A stretch of DNA of 64,000 bases from Planctomycetota bacterium. Its GTDB lineage: Bacteria; Planctomycetota; MHYJ01; WSZJ01; JACPWG01. The DNA is taken from the NCBI GenBank assembly GCA_016197205.1, contig JACPWG010000133.1, positions 2,777-66,776 of the forward strand. Direction: 5' to 3'. Shown here piece after piece: positions 8,158 to 17,350 of this stretch; the stretch's first letter is position 1; every line of letters begins with the position of its first letter. The position numbers were made by a program, and so were the translations under genes. Below the pieces are notes generated by a model that ran no database searches, was not told the DNA's origin, and saw only the letters and a list, made by a program, of their open reading frames with translations.

Positions 8158-9084
8158 GTGAAATCCGTGGTTTCCGTGGCGTTCCATCCCAAGCATGACG
8201 GGCACAGGAGCCCGAGCCCCCTGCGAACCCGCGCCCAACACGCCGGTGCCGCGGCGCTGCTCCTCGCCTTCGCCGGAACACTGCTCCTCGTTACGCCGGT
8301 TGCCGCCGACCCCTACGTCGTCTACCCGGGCGACACGCTGCGCATCCGCGTCGTCTCCCACGACGAGTTGGACGTCACCGCGGTCGTCCCGCCGGACGGC
8401 ATTCTCACCTTTCCGCTGATCGGCAAGCTGCACGTCGCCGGCCAGGCCCCCGAGGCCGTCGAGAAGGAGGTCCGCGACAAGCTCAATGCCGACTTCCTCG
8501 TGGACCCCGCGGTCTCCGTCGCCATCACCGCGTACGCGAAGAAATTCGTCTACCTCCTCGGCAGCATCAAGACGCCCACGCCCCACGAGCTGCCGAGCGA
8601 GCGCACGCTCTCCCTCATGCAGGTCATCAGCATGGCCGGCGGGTTCGCCTCCGATGCCGCCCGCGACCAGGTCCGCATCTTCCGCAAGAAGTCGATCTCC
8701 TCCCAGGAACGGATCACGCTCGACGTGAACACGCTCGAGATCACCGAACAAGGGCTCGTGGAGAAGGACCTCGCCGTCCTGCCCGACGACGTCGTGCTCG
8801 TCCCCGCGCTCAAGAAGGTCTACGTCCTCGGCAACGTGAACAATCCGGGGGCGTACGACATCCCCTCCGACAAGAAGCTCACCGTCACGCAGGCCATCAG
8901 CATGGCGGGCGGGTTCAACAAAGTCGCCCGTGAGAGCAAGACCAAGATCCTTCGGCAGAAGGAAGGCGGGAAGCAGGAGGTCATCGTCGTCGACATCTCC
9001 GAGATCGTCTCGGACGGCAAGCTCGACAAGGACGTGCCTCTCCTGCCCGGCGACATCGTGTACGTGCCCGAATCGATCTTCTGA
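8158..9084 (+). CDS. Polysaccharide export protein, Wza/GumB family
   Basis: Poly_export motif YVVYPGDTLRIRV...PDGILTFPLIGKLHVAGQ followed by two SLBB-like repeats. Start is uncertain; GTG 8158 chosen within ORF 7984-9084. Confidence 0.8.
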   Translation: MKSVVSVAFHPKHDGHRSPSPLRTRAQHAGAAALLLAFAGTLLLVTPVAADPYVVYPGDTLRIRVVSHDELDVTAVVPPDGILTFPLIGKLHVAGQAPEAVEKEVRDKLNADFLVDPAVSVAITAYAKKFVYLLGSIKTPTPHELPSERTLSLMQVISMAGGFASDAARDQVRIFRKKSISSQERITLDVNTLEITEQGLVEKDLAVLPDDVVLVPALKKVYVLGNVNNPGAYDIPSDKKLTVTQAISMAGGFNKVARESKTKILRQKEGGKQEVIVVDISEIVSDGKLDKDVPLLPGDIVYVPESIF

Positions 9085-9104
9085 GCGAGGCCGACGCGGC
9101 CATT

Positions 9105-9142
9105 CGGAACGGAACCGCGACCGTGACGGAGCGGTCTGAGCG
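9105..9142 (+). repeat. REP-like unit
   Basis: GGAACCGCGACCGTGACGGAGCGGTCTGAG lies 21 nt after the wza-like stop. Confidence 0.65.
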
Positions 9143-9238
9143 CGCCCTTCCGCCCCCTCCGCTTCGGCCTCGCGGCCACACTTGTTCGATCCACCAAAAC
9201 TTGCTTCCGATCACGGCCGACGGAGGGCCTCGCGACCC

Positions 9239-11362
9239 ATGGAAGAGAGCGAACTCGGCCTGCGGGATTACCTGCGGGTAGTGCTCAAGCGGCTCTGGGT
9301 GGTCGTCACCGTCGTCACGCTCTTCTTCGTGGGCGCCGCGTTCCAGACCTGGCGTACCATCCCGATGTACCGGGCCGCCTCGACGATCCTCATCGAGCGG
9401 CAGACCCCGCGGCTGACGACTCTCGACGAGCTGTACAAGTCCACGGCGGCGTCGGTCGATTTCTACTCCACCGAGATCCGGCTCATGCAGAGCCGCTCCT
9501 TCGCGGAGCGCGTGGCCGCGCGGATGGCGGCCGCCGGCAGCGGGGGCGGCGCGGCGACCGCCGGCGCGGTCCAGGGCGCGCTCCGCGTCTCGACCGTCGA
9601 AAACAGCCGGCTGCTGAGCGTCACTACCGAAGGAACCGACCCCAAGCTCATCACGGAGATCAACAACGCGGTCGTCGACGCCTACATCGAGGACGCCCTC
9701 GCGCGCCGGGTCGGGGACGTGCGCGCCCTCACCACCCAGCTCGCCAAGGAGGCCGAGGACCTGCGCAAGAAGCTCGACGACGGCGAGCGCTCCCTCCAGG
9801 AGTTCAAGGAGAAAAACAAACTCGCGACCCTCGGCGAACAGGCGAACGTCGTTTCCACGAAGCTGGACGAGCTGGCGTCGGGGGTGACGGCCGCGGAGAA
9901 GGAACGGCGCTCGCTCGACGCGACCCTCGACGCGCTCAAGCAGGTCCCCGCGGACGACCCCAAGATCCTTACCTTCCTCGAGGTGCGCGAAAACCTCGGC
10001 ATCGCCGCGCTCCGCACCGAAGAGGGGAAGCTGCAGCAGGATTGGAACGAGGCCGCGAAGAAGTACCGGCCGAAGCATCCGCGCATGATCGCGCTCCAGT
10101 CGCGGCTCGAGACCGTGCGCAAGGCGATGGTCGCCGAGGTCAAAAACGTCATCGACGGCTTGCGCGCGCGCTACGACGCGGCGCTCCGCAACGAGGAGAA
10201 GACGCGGCAGGCCTTCGAAGCCCAGTCAGGCGCCAAGCTCGCCAACGACCGGCTGGCGACCGCCTACGCCTCGCTGTCGCGCGAGGTGGAGACCACGCGC
10301 GCGCTCTACCAGAATCTCGTGAAGCGCATCCAGGAGGCGGCGGTCACGTCCTCCGTCGATGCGAACAACGTGAGCGTCGTCGATCGCGCGCTCCAGCCGA
10401 CCGTGCCTTTCCGCCCGCAGCCCGGCACGAACATGACCCTGGGGCTCGTGCTCGGCGTCGTGCTGGGCGTCGGGCTCGCCTTCCTGATCGAGCACCTCGA
10501 CAACTCGGTCAAGACGCCCGAGGACGTCGACACCGCGCTCAAGCTGCCGTACCTCGGCCACGTCCCGATGATGGAGGGGAAGTCCGACGAGAAGGACCGG
10601 GACCGCGTGGCTTTCACGGACGTGAAGAGCCACATCTCGGAGTCCTTCCGCGGGATCCGGACCGCGGTGCTCTTCTCCGCGCCGGCCGGCGAGACCGTAC
10701 GGACCGTCCTCGTGGTCAGCTCCGGCCCGCGCGAGGGAAAGACGACGACCTCGATCAACCTGGCGATCGCGATGGCGCAGGCGGGTAATCGCGTGCTGCT
10801 CATCGACGCCGACCTGCGGCGCCCGCGCATCCACAAGGCGTTCGCCGCGGACGACGCGATCGGACTTTCCAGCCTGCTCGTAGGCGAGTCCACCCTGGAG
10901 GAGGCCGCGCAGAAGACCGACGTCGAGAACCTCGCGATCATGCCGAGCGGCCCGATCCCGCCGAACCCTTCGGAGCTCCTGGGCTCGCAGCGGATGCGCG
11001 AGGTGCTCGCGCGGGCGCGGGAGCGGTTCGATCGCGTCGTGATCGACAGCCCGCCCGTGATCGCGGTGACGGACGCCTGCGTGCTGGCGCCGCTTGTCGA
11101 CGGCGTGGTGCTCGTCGTGCGCGCCGCGCACATCGGGCGGGACGTGGTGGGGCGAGGGCGCGACCTGTTGCGCGCGGTGAAGGCCCGGATCCTGGGCGTG
11201 GTCCTGAACGGGATCTCGCAGCGCCGCGGCGGCTACTACTACGGCGCGTACGACTACTCGTACTATCAGTCGGAGGACGCGGCCGGCGGCGGGGGCAAGG
11301 GCCGGTCGTCGAAGCGCTCGGGTGCGGCGGCGGCGGCGGCGGTGGACAAGGAAAAGGCGTGA
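9239..11362 (+). CDS. Polysaccharide co-polymerase / BY-kinase, Wzc/GumC-like
   Basis: Wzz-like N-terminal TM plus a long coiled-coil periplasmic domain. Walker A SSGPREGKTTT, A' LLIDADLRRP and B VVIDSPP. C-terminal tyrosine cluster GGYYYGAYDYSYYQ. Confidence 0.9.
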   Translation: MEESELGLRDYLRVVLKRLWVVVTVVTLFFVGAAFQTWRTIPMYRAASTILIERQTPRLTTLDELYKSTAASVDFYSTEIRLMQSRSFAERVAARMAAAGSGGGAATAGAVQGALRVSTVENSRLLSVTTEGTDPKLITEINNAVVDAYIEDALARRVGDVRALTTQLAKEAEDLRKKLDDGERSLQEFKEKNKLATLGEQANVVSTKLDELASGVTAAEKERRSLDATLDALKQVPADDPKILTFLEVRENLGIAALRTEEGKLQQDWNEAAKKYRPKHPRMIALQSRLETVRKAMVAEVKNVIDGLRARYDAALRNEEKTRQAFEAQSGAKLANDRLATAYASLSREVETTRALYQNLVKRIQEAAVTSSVDANNVSVVDRALQPTVPFRPQPGTNMTLGLVLGVVLGVGLAFLIEHLDNSVKTPEDVDTALKLPYLGHVPMMEGKSDEKDRDRVAFTDVKSHISESFRGIRTAVLFSAPAGETVRTVLVVSSGPREGKTTTSINLAIAMAQAGNRVLLIDADLRRPRIHKAFAADDAIGLSSLLVGESTLEEAAQKTDVENLAIMPSGPIPPNPSELLGSQRMREVLARARERFDRVVIDSPPVIAVTDACVLAPLVDGVVLVVRAAHIGRDVVGRGRDLLRAVKARILGVVLNGISQRRGGYYYGAYDYSYYQSEDAAGGGGKGRSSKRSGAAAAAAVDKEKA

Positions 11363-12117
11363 TCGACCTCCACGCGCACGTCTTGCCGGGCGTGGACGAC
11401 GGGCCGAAGGAGCCGGCGGACGCGCTCGCGATGGCGCGGAAGGCGTGGGCGGACGGCATCCGGACACAGTTCGCGACCCCGCACACGCTGAACGGCGCCT
11501 ACACCACGCCGCGTTCGCTGGTGCTGCGCAAGGTGGCGGAGCTGCGAGAGGCTCTGCGGGAGGAAGGGATCGGGCTGGAGCTGGTGCCCGGGGGGGAGGT
11601 ACACGTCCACGAGTCGATCCTCGACCTGCTCGCGTCCGGCGAGCTGCCGACGCTCGCGGATCGCGGGCGGCATCTCTTGCTGGAGTTTCCCTTCGAACGC
11701 GTGCCGGGCGTGGTCCCGGACCTTTTATTTCGGCTGCGCTTGAAGGGCGTGACCCCGGTCATCGCGCACCCGGAGCGGAACGACGAGCTGCAGTCGTCGC
11801 CGAAGGGGGTGGAGTCGCTGCTCAGGCAAGGCGCGTGGATGCAGGTGACCGGCGGGTCGTTCACGGGTGATTTCGGCACGGCCGCGCGGGACTTGGCGTT
11901 CCTGCTGCTGGATTTGGACCAGGTGCACCTCATCGGCTCGGACGCGCACGGCGTGTCGTGGCGCCCGCCGCTGCTGGCGGCCGTCCGCGACGTCATCGTC
12001 CGTCGCGCGGGGGCGGAGCGCGCGAGGCGGCTCTTCGAGGAGAACCCGCGGCGCATCCTGGAGGCGCGCCCGCGGGGGGCGGGCGGGGGCGGGATGCCCG
12101 CGGCGCCGGCGAGGTGA
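11359..12117 (+). CDS. PHP-family protein-tyrosine phosphatase, CpsB/YwqE-like
   Basis: IDLHAHVLPGVDDGP...ATPH...AHPERN metal-binding motifs. GTG start overlaps the wzc-like stop (GTGA). Confidence 0.85.
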   Translation: MIDLHAHVLPGVDDGPKEPADALAMARKAWADGIRTQFATPHTLNGAYTTPRSLVLRKVAELREALREEGIGLELVPGGEVHVHESILDLLASGELPTLADRGRHLLLEFPFERVPGVVPDLLFRLRLKGVTPVIAHPERNDELQSSPKGVESLLRQGAWMQVTGGSFTGDFGTAARDLAFLLLDLDQVHLIGSDAHGVSWRPPLLAAVRDVIVRRAGAERARRLFEENPRRILEARPRGAGGGGMPAAPAR

Positions 12118-12333
12118 GCCGTCGCCGTTCCGCATCGGTGCGGTGAGACAGACTCACATCGCGGGCGGTGCGGCGGCACGAAGACGAGCGCGGCCGGGAG
12201 AGTGGGGCGTCGAGCCCGCGTTCGAGGGCACGGCAGCGCTGTGGCCCTACCGGGGAGGGCGGGGAGTGTTCACGGCGTGCGCACTCGGACGACGCGTCAA
12301 GGACCCCGGCGAAGACCCTGCGACTTCGCAGCT

Positions 12334-12360
12334 GTAGGGGGCACGGCGCCGCCGTGCCCC
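12334..12360. repeat. R4 palindrome GTAGGGGCACGGCGCYGCCGTGCCC (single copy)
   Basis: Same palindrome at 20697-20721 and three times at 47088-47288. A degenerate copy sits near 12223-12252. Confidence 0.75.
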
Positions 12361-12473
12361 ATGCCCGCAATACGCAAAGGTTGCGAGCCTGCCTGCTGAG
12401 TTCCCGCAGCACGCGGTGCACGGCAATGCGAAGTCGCGGGCCTTGGCATCCGACTTGGGAGACGGGGCGCTTA

Positions 12474-12596
12474 GCGCCCGCGCAAGAATTACTTTACATT
12501 TCCGTGGATCGACCGATGCCTGGGGGCGCGGCCCAGAGGGCAGCGCCCCCAGGAGCCTCGAGGTCCGAATCTGCGCAGTTATTTTTGCGCGGGCGC
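12474..12596 (+). repeat. R2 family MITE-like element, copy a (shorter)
   Basis: TIRs are GCGCCCGCGCAAGAATTAC and GTTATTTTTGCGCGGGCGC, with an internal hairpin CCTGGGGGCGCGG...CCGCGCCCCCAGG. Copies at 37823-37967 (reverse) and 62111-62255. Abuts the HEAT gene stop at 12597. Confidence 0.8.
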
Positions 12597-15500
12597 TTAT
12601 CGCCCCGCGCCGCCGCCTTGGGCCGCGGACGTCTCCACCCCCTCCAGCGCTACGCGGGCCGCTTCCTGAACGGAGACGTCGGCGTCACCGGTGGCGGCGA
12701 GCAGCAGCGTTTTGAGCGCGGAGGCCTTCGGCCCCAGATTGCGCGCCGCGCTCACGGCCCAGAACCGAACGCCCGGGTCCGCATCCAGGAGGGCCTCCTG
12801 AAGCTCCTGCACGGGCGCAATGCCGATGCAGCCGAGGGCCCAAGCACTCCAATCACGTATCCAGGGATCGCTGGACCGGAGGGCGCGGCCGAGGTCGGCG
12901 GCGGCGGCGCTCGCACTCGGGCCGAGCTTCGCCAGGGTCACGACGGCCCAAAACCGGACCTCGGGTCGGGGATCCTCGATCGCCTGTCGAAGGTGGGGAA
13001 CCGTGCGGTCTCCTGCAACCTGGAGAGCATCGGAGACCGCGTATCGGACGTCCGCGTTCTCGTCCCTCATCCCGCCGAGGAGGGCCGCCAGGGCGGCATC
13101 GTCCTCGCCCGCGAAACACCCCAACGCGGAGGCCGCACCGCACCGCGCGGCCAGGGTCTCATAGTTGCCTGCCTCTTCCAGCAGGCTCGCGAGCACGGGC
13201 ACGACGCGGGCCCCGTCCTCGCGAATTCGTCCCAGCGCCACGGCGGCCTCCCCGCGCTCACCGTCTCCCGCAAACGCGTCCTCGACGATCCGCGCCAAGG
13301 CCGGGACGGCCGAGCGCGCCTGGGGCCCGATCCTGCCAAGCGCCGCGGCACAGGCCTCTCCCGCCCCGCCTTCCTCGCTCTCCAGGACCGCAACGAGCGC
13401 GTCGACGGAGTCGCCCGCGCGGGGACCGATGCGCCCCAGCGCTGCCGCGGCATAACTGCAACGGAACGGATCTCCGGACATGAGGGCTTGCACAAGCCGC
13501 GGCACCGCCTCGGCCGCCGCCTCGCCGAGCCGCCCCAGCGCGTCTGCGGCTTCGGCGGACACCCGATCGCTTTCGTCGCACAGCGCCGCCGCGAGCGGGG
13601 CAACAACGAGCCACGGCTCAGCCCCGATCATGCCGAGCGCCGCGGCAGCCGCAGCCCGCACGCGCTCGTTATCATCCCGAAGGAGTCCGACAAGGGCCGG
13701 AGCCGCGGAGGCAGCGTCCCCGCCTCGGTCCCCCAACGCGCGGATGGCGATCCCGCGCACCTCCGCGTCCTCTTCTTGCAAGCCGTGCTCGAGGGTCGCG
13801 ATCCCCACTCTTCCAGAGGCGACGGCGGCCGACAGGGCCGCGCGGCGTGCGGGCGCTTCGTCCGCACGATCGCCGAAGACCTCCAGCAGCGCGGACAGCG
13901 CGTCCTCCGACTCCACGCTGCTGGAGGCAAGGAGGCTCAGCGCCGCTTCGCGCACGCAGGTCTTCGCCGTTCGGTCCTTCGCCAGCGCGACCAAGGGACC
14001 CGCCGCCTCGAGGCCGGCCCGCTGCAGGAGTTGATACGCCCTGCGCCCAACACCTGCATTCTCGTCCGTCAGGAACGAAAGGAGGGTCTCCGCCGGGAGG
14101 AGGCCGAGCTTCGAGAGGAATTCCAGCGCCTGGATTCGCAGGGAAGGATGCGGATCGCAGAGGAGACGTTCGAGGGCCGCCCTCGTTTCGGGTGCAGCGC
14201 GGGCCACCTCGAAGAGCGTGGCCGCGGCCGAGCGGCGAACTTCCGGGTCGGGATCGTCGCACGCCGCCTTCAACGCCACGAGCACGGCCGTGGTTGCCGG
14301 GCCACCGAGGCGCCCCAGGGTGCACGCCGCCGCCGTGCGGGTCGCAGGATCGAGGTCGTGCAGAAGTTCGGCGAGGCTCGGTTCGGCCGCCTTCGCCTCC
14401 GGCCCGAGCCGCGCGAGCAAATCGAGAAGCTCGAAGCGAAGGCCGCCCTCCGCGCGCTTCAGACAGAGTGCAAGAGCGGGAACGGCCGGCAGAGCCTCGG
14501 CGCCCATCTCCGCAAGCGCCTGCACCGCCCGTTCGCAGCGCGGCGTCCGCCCGGAGCGGACCATTTCCGCAAGCGCCGGAACGGCCGACCCACCGATCTG
14601 CGAGAGCGCGGCGGAGGCGGCGGCCGTCAGGTCCACCGGCACGTCACGCGATGCAAACCCCGCCAGGGGAGCGACTCCTCCTTTTTTTTCCGCCTCCTCC
14701 GGGAGAGTCTCCAGCAGCTTCAGCAGCGCCGGCACGGCGGCGGAGCCCTTCCCCCTCATGGCGCCGAGCGCATCGATGCAGGCTTTCGCAACCAAGGGAG
14801 ACGCGCTCTGCATGCCTTTGAGCAGGTCCGGGACGACCTCGCCTGCGCCGGGGCCGATGCGGCGAAGGGACTCCGCGGCCGCAAGGGCGACCTTCTCCTC
14901 AGGATCCCGCAGCGCCTTCGCGAGCACTCGTGCGGCTGCGTCATCGCCCATGGAAAGTGCGCTCGCCGCAGCGCACCGCACTTCCGGAACGGGGTCGTCG
15001 AGCAGCTCCAAGAGCGCCGCCGGAGCGGGCGCGGCGTATGCACTCGCGCCCCGGAGCGCGTCGGCGGCGCCCCGGCGGACGATTGGGTCCGGGTGCCGGA
15101 GCAGCTCGACCACCGTCTGGGCCTCGGTCCCGCTCCTCGGGCACCAGCAGGAAAATCCCGCGACGGCCGCGGCGCGCACCGCCGCATTTTCGTCCCAGGC
15201 CGCAGCGAGCAGGGCGGGGCCGGCCTCGGCCGCCCGCCACCCAAGGTCGGTCAGGGCTTCGGCGGCCGCTGCGCGCACCGCCGGTTTCGAGTCTTTCAGC
15301 CGCTCGAGGAGCGCCGGAACGACTCGGCGCCCGAGTTGCACTACCACCTTCCGGGCGACGGCTCTCACCTCCGGGTCCGAGTCGCACAACGCTTCGAGCA
15401 CGGCCGGCGCGGCATCGCGGACCTTCGGACCCAGTTCAGCGAGGACCAGGGTCCCCGCCCGGCGCACCTGCGGGTCCGGATCGGAGAGCGCGCGCACGGC

Positions 15501-16754
15501 GGCCCTCGCGATCTCCGCGCCTCGCCGGCCCAGCCGATAGACATTCAAGTAGAACCGGCGTTCCGGCCCTCGGTCCGAGGCCGCCTCGGGGAAAGAGACC
15601 GCAAGGGCGTGCATGTCGGTCGAGTCGATGCTCCAAGCGGCGAGAGCCGCGGCCCTGCGCAGCTCGGTCGCCGTCCCGGAGTCCGCGAGCAGCGTCCGGA
15701 GCGCCGGGAGGGCCTCCGACGCCGCAGGACCCCGGCGTCCGAGGGCTTCCACGGCGGCGAGGCGCACGCCGGCTTCTGGGTCGGCAAGCGCCGCGAGCAA
15801 GCCCGTCACCACCTCAGGTCGGGAGCCGTCATTCCCGCCAAGGGCGCACGCAGCGGCCTCGCGCACCTCCCGGTCCCTGCTCCGCAACGCCTCCAGCAGA
15901 AACGGCGCGGCCGCATCGTCGCGACCGCCCCCAAGGTGACGAATCCGCGCGGCGGCGAAATGCCTCACGTCGGGGTCCGCGTCCCAGAGCACGGGGGCAA
16001 GCACCATCCGTGTGTCGTCTCCCCAACTCTGAACGTCAGCGAGGACCTCGACCGCGCACCGCCGGATGCCTGCCGCCGGATCCTTGAGCGCCCCCGCGAG
16101 CAGGCCCCGGGCGTCTTCCAGATGGCGGCCCAGGAGGCCGAGCGCGGCGACCGCGGCACGCCGGGTGTCGGGATCCTCGTCCGAAAGCGCAACTCGAAGC
16201 GCGCCGACAAGCCGCAGGGGATCTGGGCGGGAGCGGCCGGACCCCCAGCGGGAACGATGGTCGGTTCTCGCCCAACGCGCGGCCTCGGACGCGCCGAGTC
16301 GCACGAGCACCCGCGACGCACGGCGTCGCGTCTCGCCCCCGGGTGCCCGGAGCGCTTCGACCTGTGCAAGGACTTCGTCCGGGCCGACGCTCAAGAGCGC
16401 ACGGGCAGCGACCTCGCAGAGCGGGCCGTCCGCGCCGTCCAGGAGCCGAAGGAGGACCGGCAGCGCCTCTTGCGCCTCCGGCCCGATGCTCGCGAGGGCC
16501 TCCAGGGCCCGGGTTCGCGCTTCGACCGAGCGCGTCGGGTCGGCGACGACCCGCGCAAGGGAGGCGACGGCAGGGCGGCCGATGCGCTCGAGGCGCCGGG
16601 CGGCCGCGTCTCGGGCGTTGTCATCCCCCTTCTCCAGCCGTGCGACCAGTTCCTTCACCAAGGAGTCGGTCGCGGCCGACCGGTCATCCGCGAAGGCCCC
16701 GGCCATCGCTGAGAGCAGGGTGCCGGCGAGGGCGAGGTTCCGCAATGTACGCAT
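12597..16754 (-). CDS. Giant secreted HEAT-repeat (PBS-lyase HEAT-like) protein
   Basis: ATG 16754 (MRTLRNLALAGTLLSAMAGAFA signal peptide) with AAGGAG 9 nt upstream. Dozens of ~31-aa repeats of the form D..VR..A..ALG.IG..A..A.P.L...L.D. Confidence 0.85.
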   Translation of the reverse strand: MRTLRNLALAGTLLSAMAGAFADDRSAATDSLVKELVARLEKGDDNARDAAARRLERIGRPAVASLARVVADPTRSVEARTRALEALASIGPEAQEALPVLLRLLDGADGPLCEVAARALLSVGPDEVLAQVEALRAPGGETRRRASRVLVRLGASEAARWARTDHRSRWGSGRSRPDPLRLVGALRVALSDEDPDTRRAAVAALGLLGRHLEDARGLLAGALKDPAAGIRRCAVEVLADVQSWGDDTRMVLAPVLWDADPDVRHFAAARIRHLGGGRDDAAAPFLLEALRSRDREVREAAACALGGNDGSRPEVVTGLLAALADPEAGVRLAAVEALGRRGPAASEALPALRTLLADSGTATELRRAAALAAWSIDSTDMHALAVSFPEAASDRGPERRFYLNVYRLGRRGAEIARAAVRALSDPDPQVRRAGTLVLAELGPKVRDAAPAVLEALCDSDPEVRAVARKVVVQLGRRVVPALLERLKDSKPAVRAAAAEALTDLGWRAAEAGPALLAAAWDENAAVRAAAVAGFSCWCPRSGTEAQTVVELLRHPDPIVRRGAADALRGASAYAAPAPAALLELLDDPVPEVRCAAASALSMGDDAAARVLAKALRDPEEKVALAAAESLRRIGPGAGEVVPDLLKGMQSASPLVAKACIDALGAMRGKGSAAVPALLKLLETLPEEAEKKGGVAPLAGFASRDVPVDLTAAASAALSQIGGSAVPALAEMVRSGRTPRCERAVQALAEMGAEALPAVPALALCLKRAEGGLRFELLDLLARLGPEAKAAEPSLAELLHDLDPATRTAAACTLGRLGGPATTAVLVALKAACDDPDPEVRRSAAATLFEVARAAPETRAALERLLCDPHPSLRIQALEFLSKLGLLPAETLLSFLTDENAGVGRRAYQLLQRAGLEAAGPLVALAKDRTAKTCVREAALSLLASSSVESEDALSALLEVFGDRADEAPARRAALSAAVASGRVGIATLEHGLQEEDAEVRGIAIRALGDRGGDAASAAPALVGLLRDDNERVRAAAAAALGMIGAEPWLVVAPLAAALCDESDRVSAEAADALGRLGEAAAEAVPRLVQALMSGDPFRCSYAAAALGRIGPRAGDSVDALVAVLESEEGGAGEACAAALGRIGPQARSAVPALARIVEDAFAGDGERGEAAVALGRIREDGARVVPVLASLLEEAGNYETLAARCGAASALGCFAGEDDAALAALLGGMRDENADVRYAVSDALQVAGDRTVPHLRQAIEDPRPEVRFWAVVTLAKLGPSASAAAADLGRALRSSDPWIRDWSAWALGCIGIAPVQELQEALLDADPGVRFWAVSAARNLGPKASALKTLLLAATGDADVSVQEAARVALEGVETSAAQGGGAGR

Positions 16755-17062
16755 GTCCCATGGCTCCTTCGGTCGTGAACGAGCATGGCTGGAGCCGCAG
16801 CCCGTGGAGCACGGGCTGCGGGAATTCTCCCCCAAGAGCAGTGTCGCCGAGGTATTTTAACGCATGACGATTCGCCACTCCAGGGCGAGGCGGTGTGCGG
16901 CCTGTCGTCAGGGCTCTTGGCTTCGCACCCCTCCTGCGTCGATCAACCGCGGCCGCAGTGCGGAATCGCCGAGGCCGCCGTTCGTAGTTCCGCCTTCAGG
17001 CGGCGCGTTGGGCGCCAGGGCCAGCCCTTTCAAGGTGTCTGGAACCACTCTACCATTGCGAA

Positions 17063-17317
17063 ACAACGACCCGAACAAAGGCTAAACGAGACCGAGGACG
17101 GCAAGTGGCTCGATCATGGCTCCGCGTCCCAACCAGCCGCGGGCGAATTTTGAATTTTGCAATTTGAAATTCGGACCGGCCGTGTGGGTCGAATGCGGGA
17201 CTCTTACACAGAGACGCGGAGACGCAGAGGCAGGGCGCCGAGTCCACCCTCCTCTACCGGCGATCATCGCTGGCAACGCACTAAGAGATCGATCTTAGCT
17301 TCATTTCAGCTTGTTGT
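17063..17317 (+). repeat. R3 family dispersed repeat, copy b
   Basis: Collinear with 3583-3837. Lies just downstream of the cysteine desulfurase stop. Confidence 0.75.
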
Positions 17318-17350
17318 TGCGAAACGGGGCATAGGATGCCCGGGTCGGGC

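Noticed and set aside
12168-16712. 1514-aa ORF on the + strand, the longest ORF in the window
   Set aside because: It is exactly antisense to the HEAT-repeat gene. Its translation is Arg/Gly/Pro-rich low-complexity sequence with no motifs, and its codon third positions do not show the G/C preference of real genes here. It is a shadow ORF typical of GC-rich DNA.
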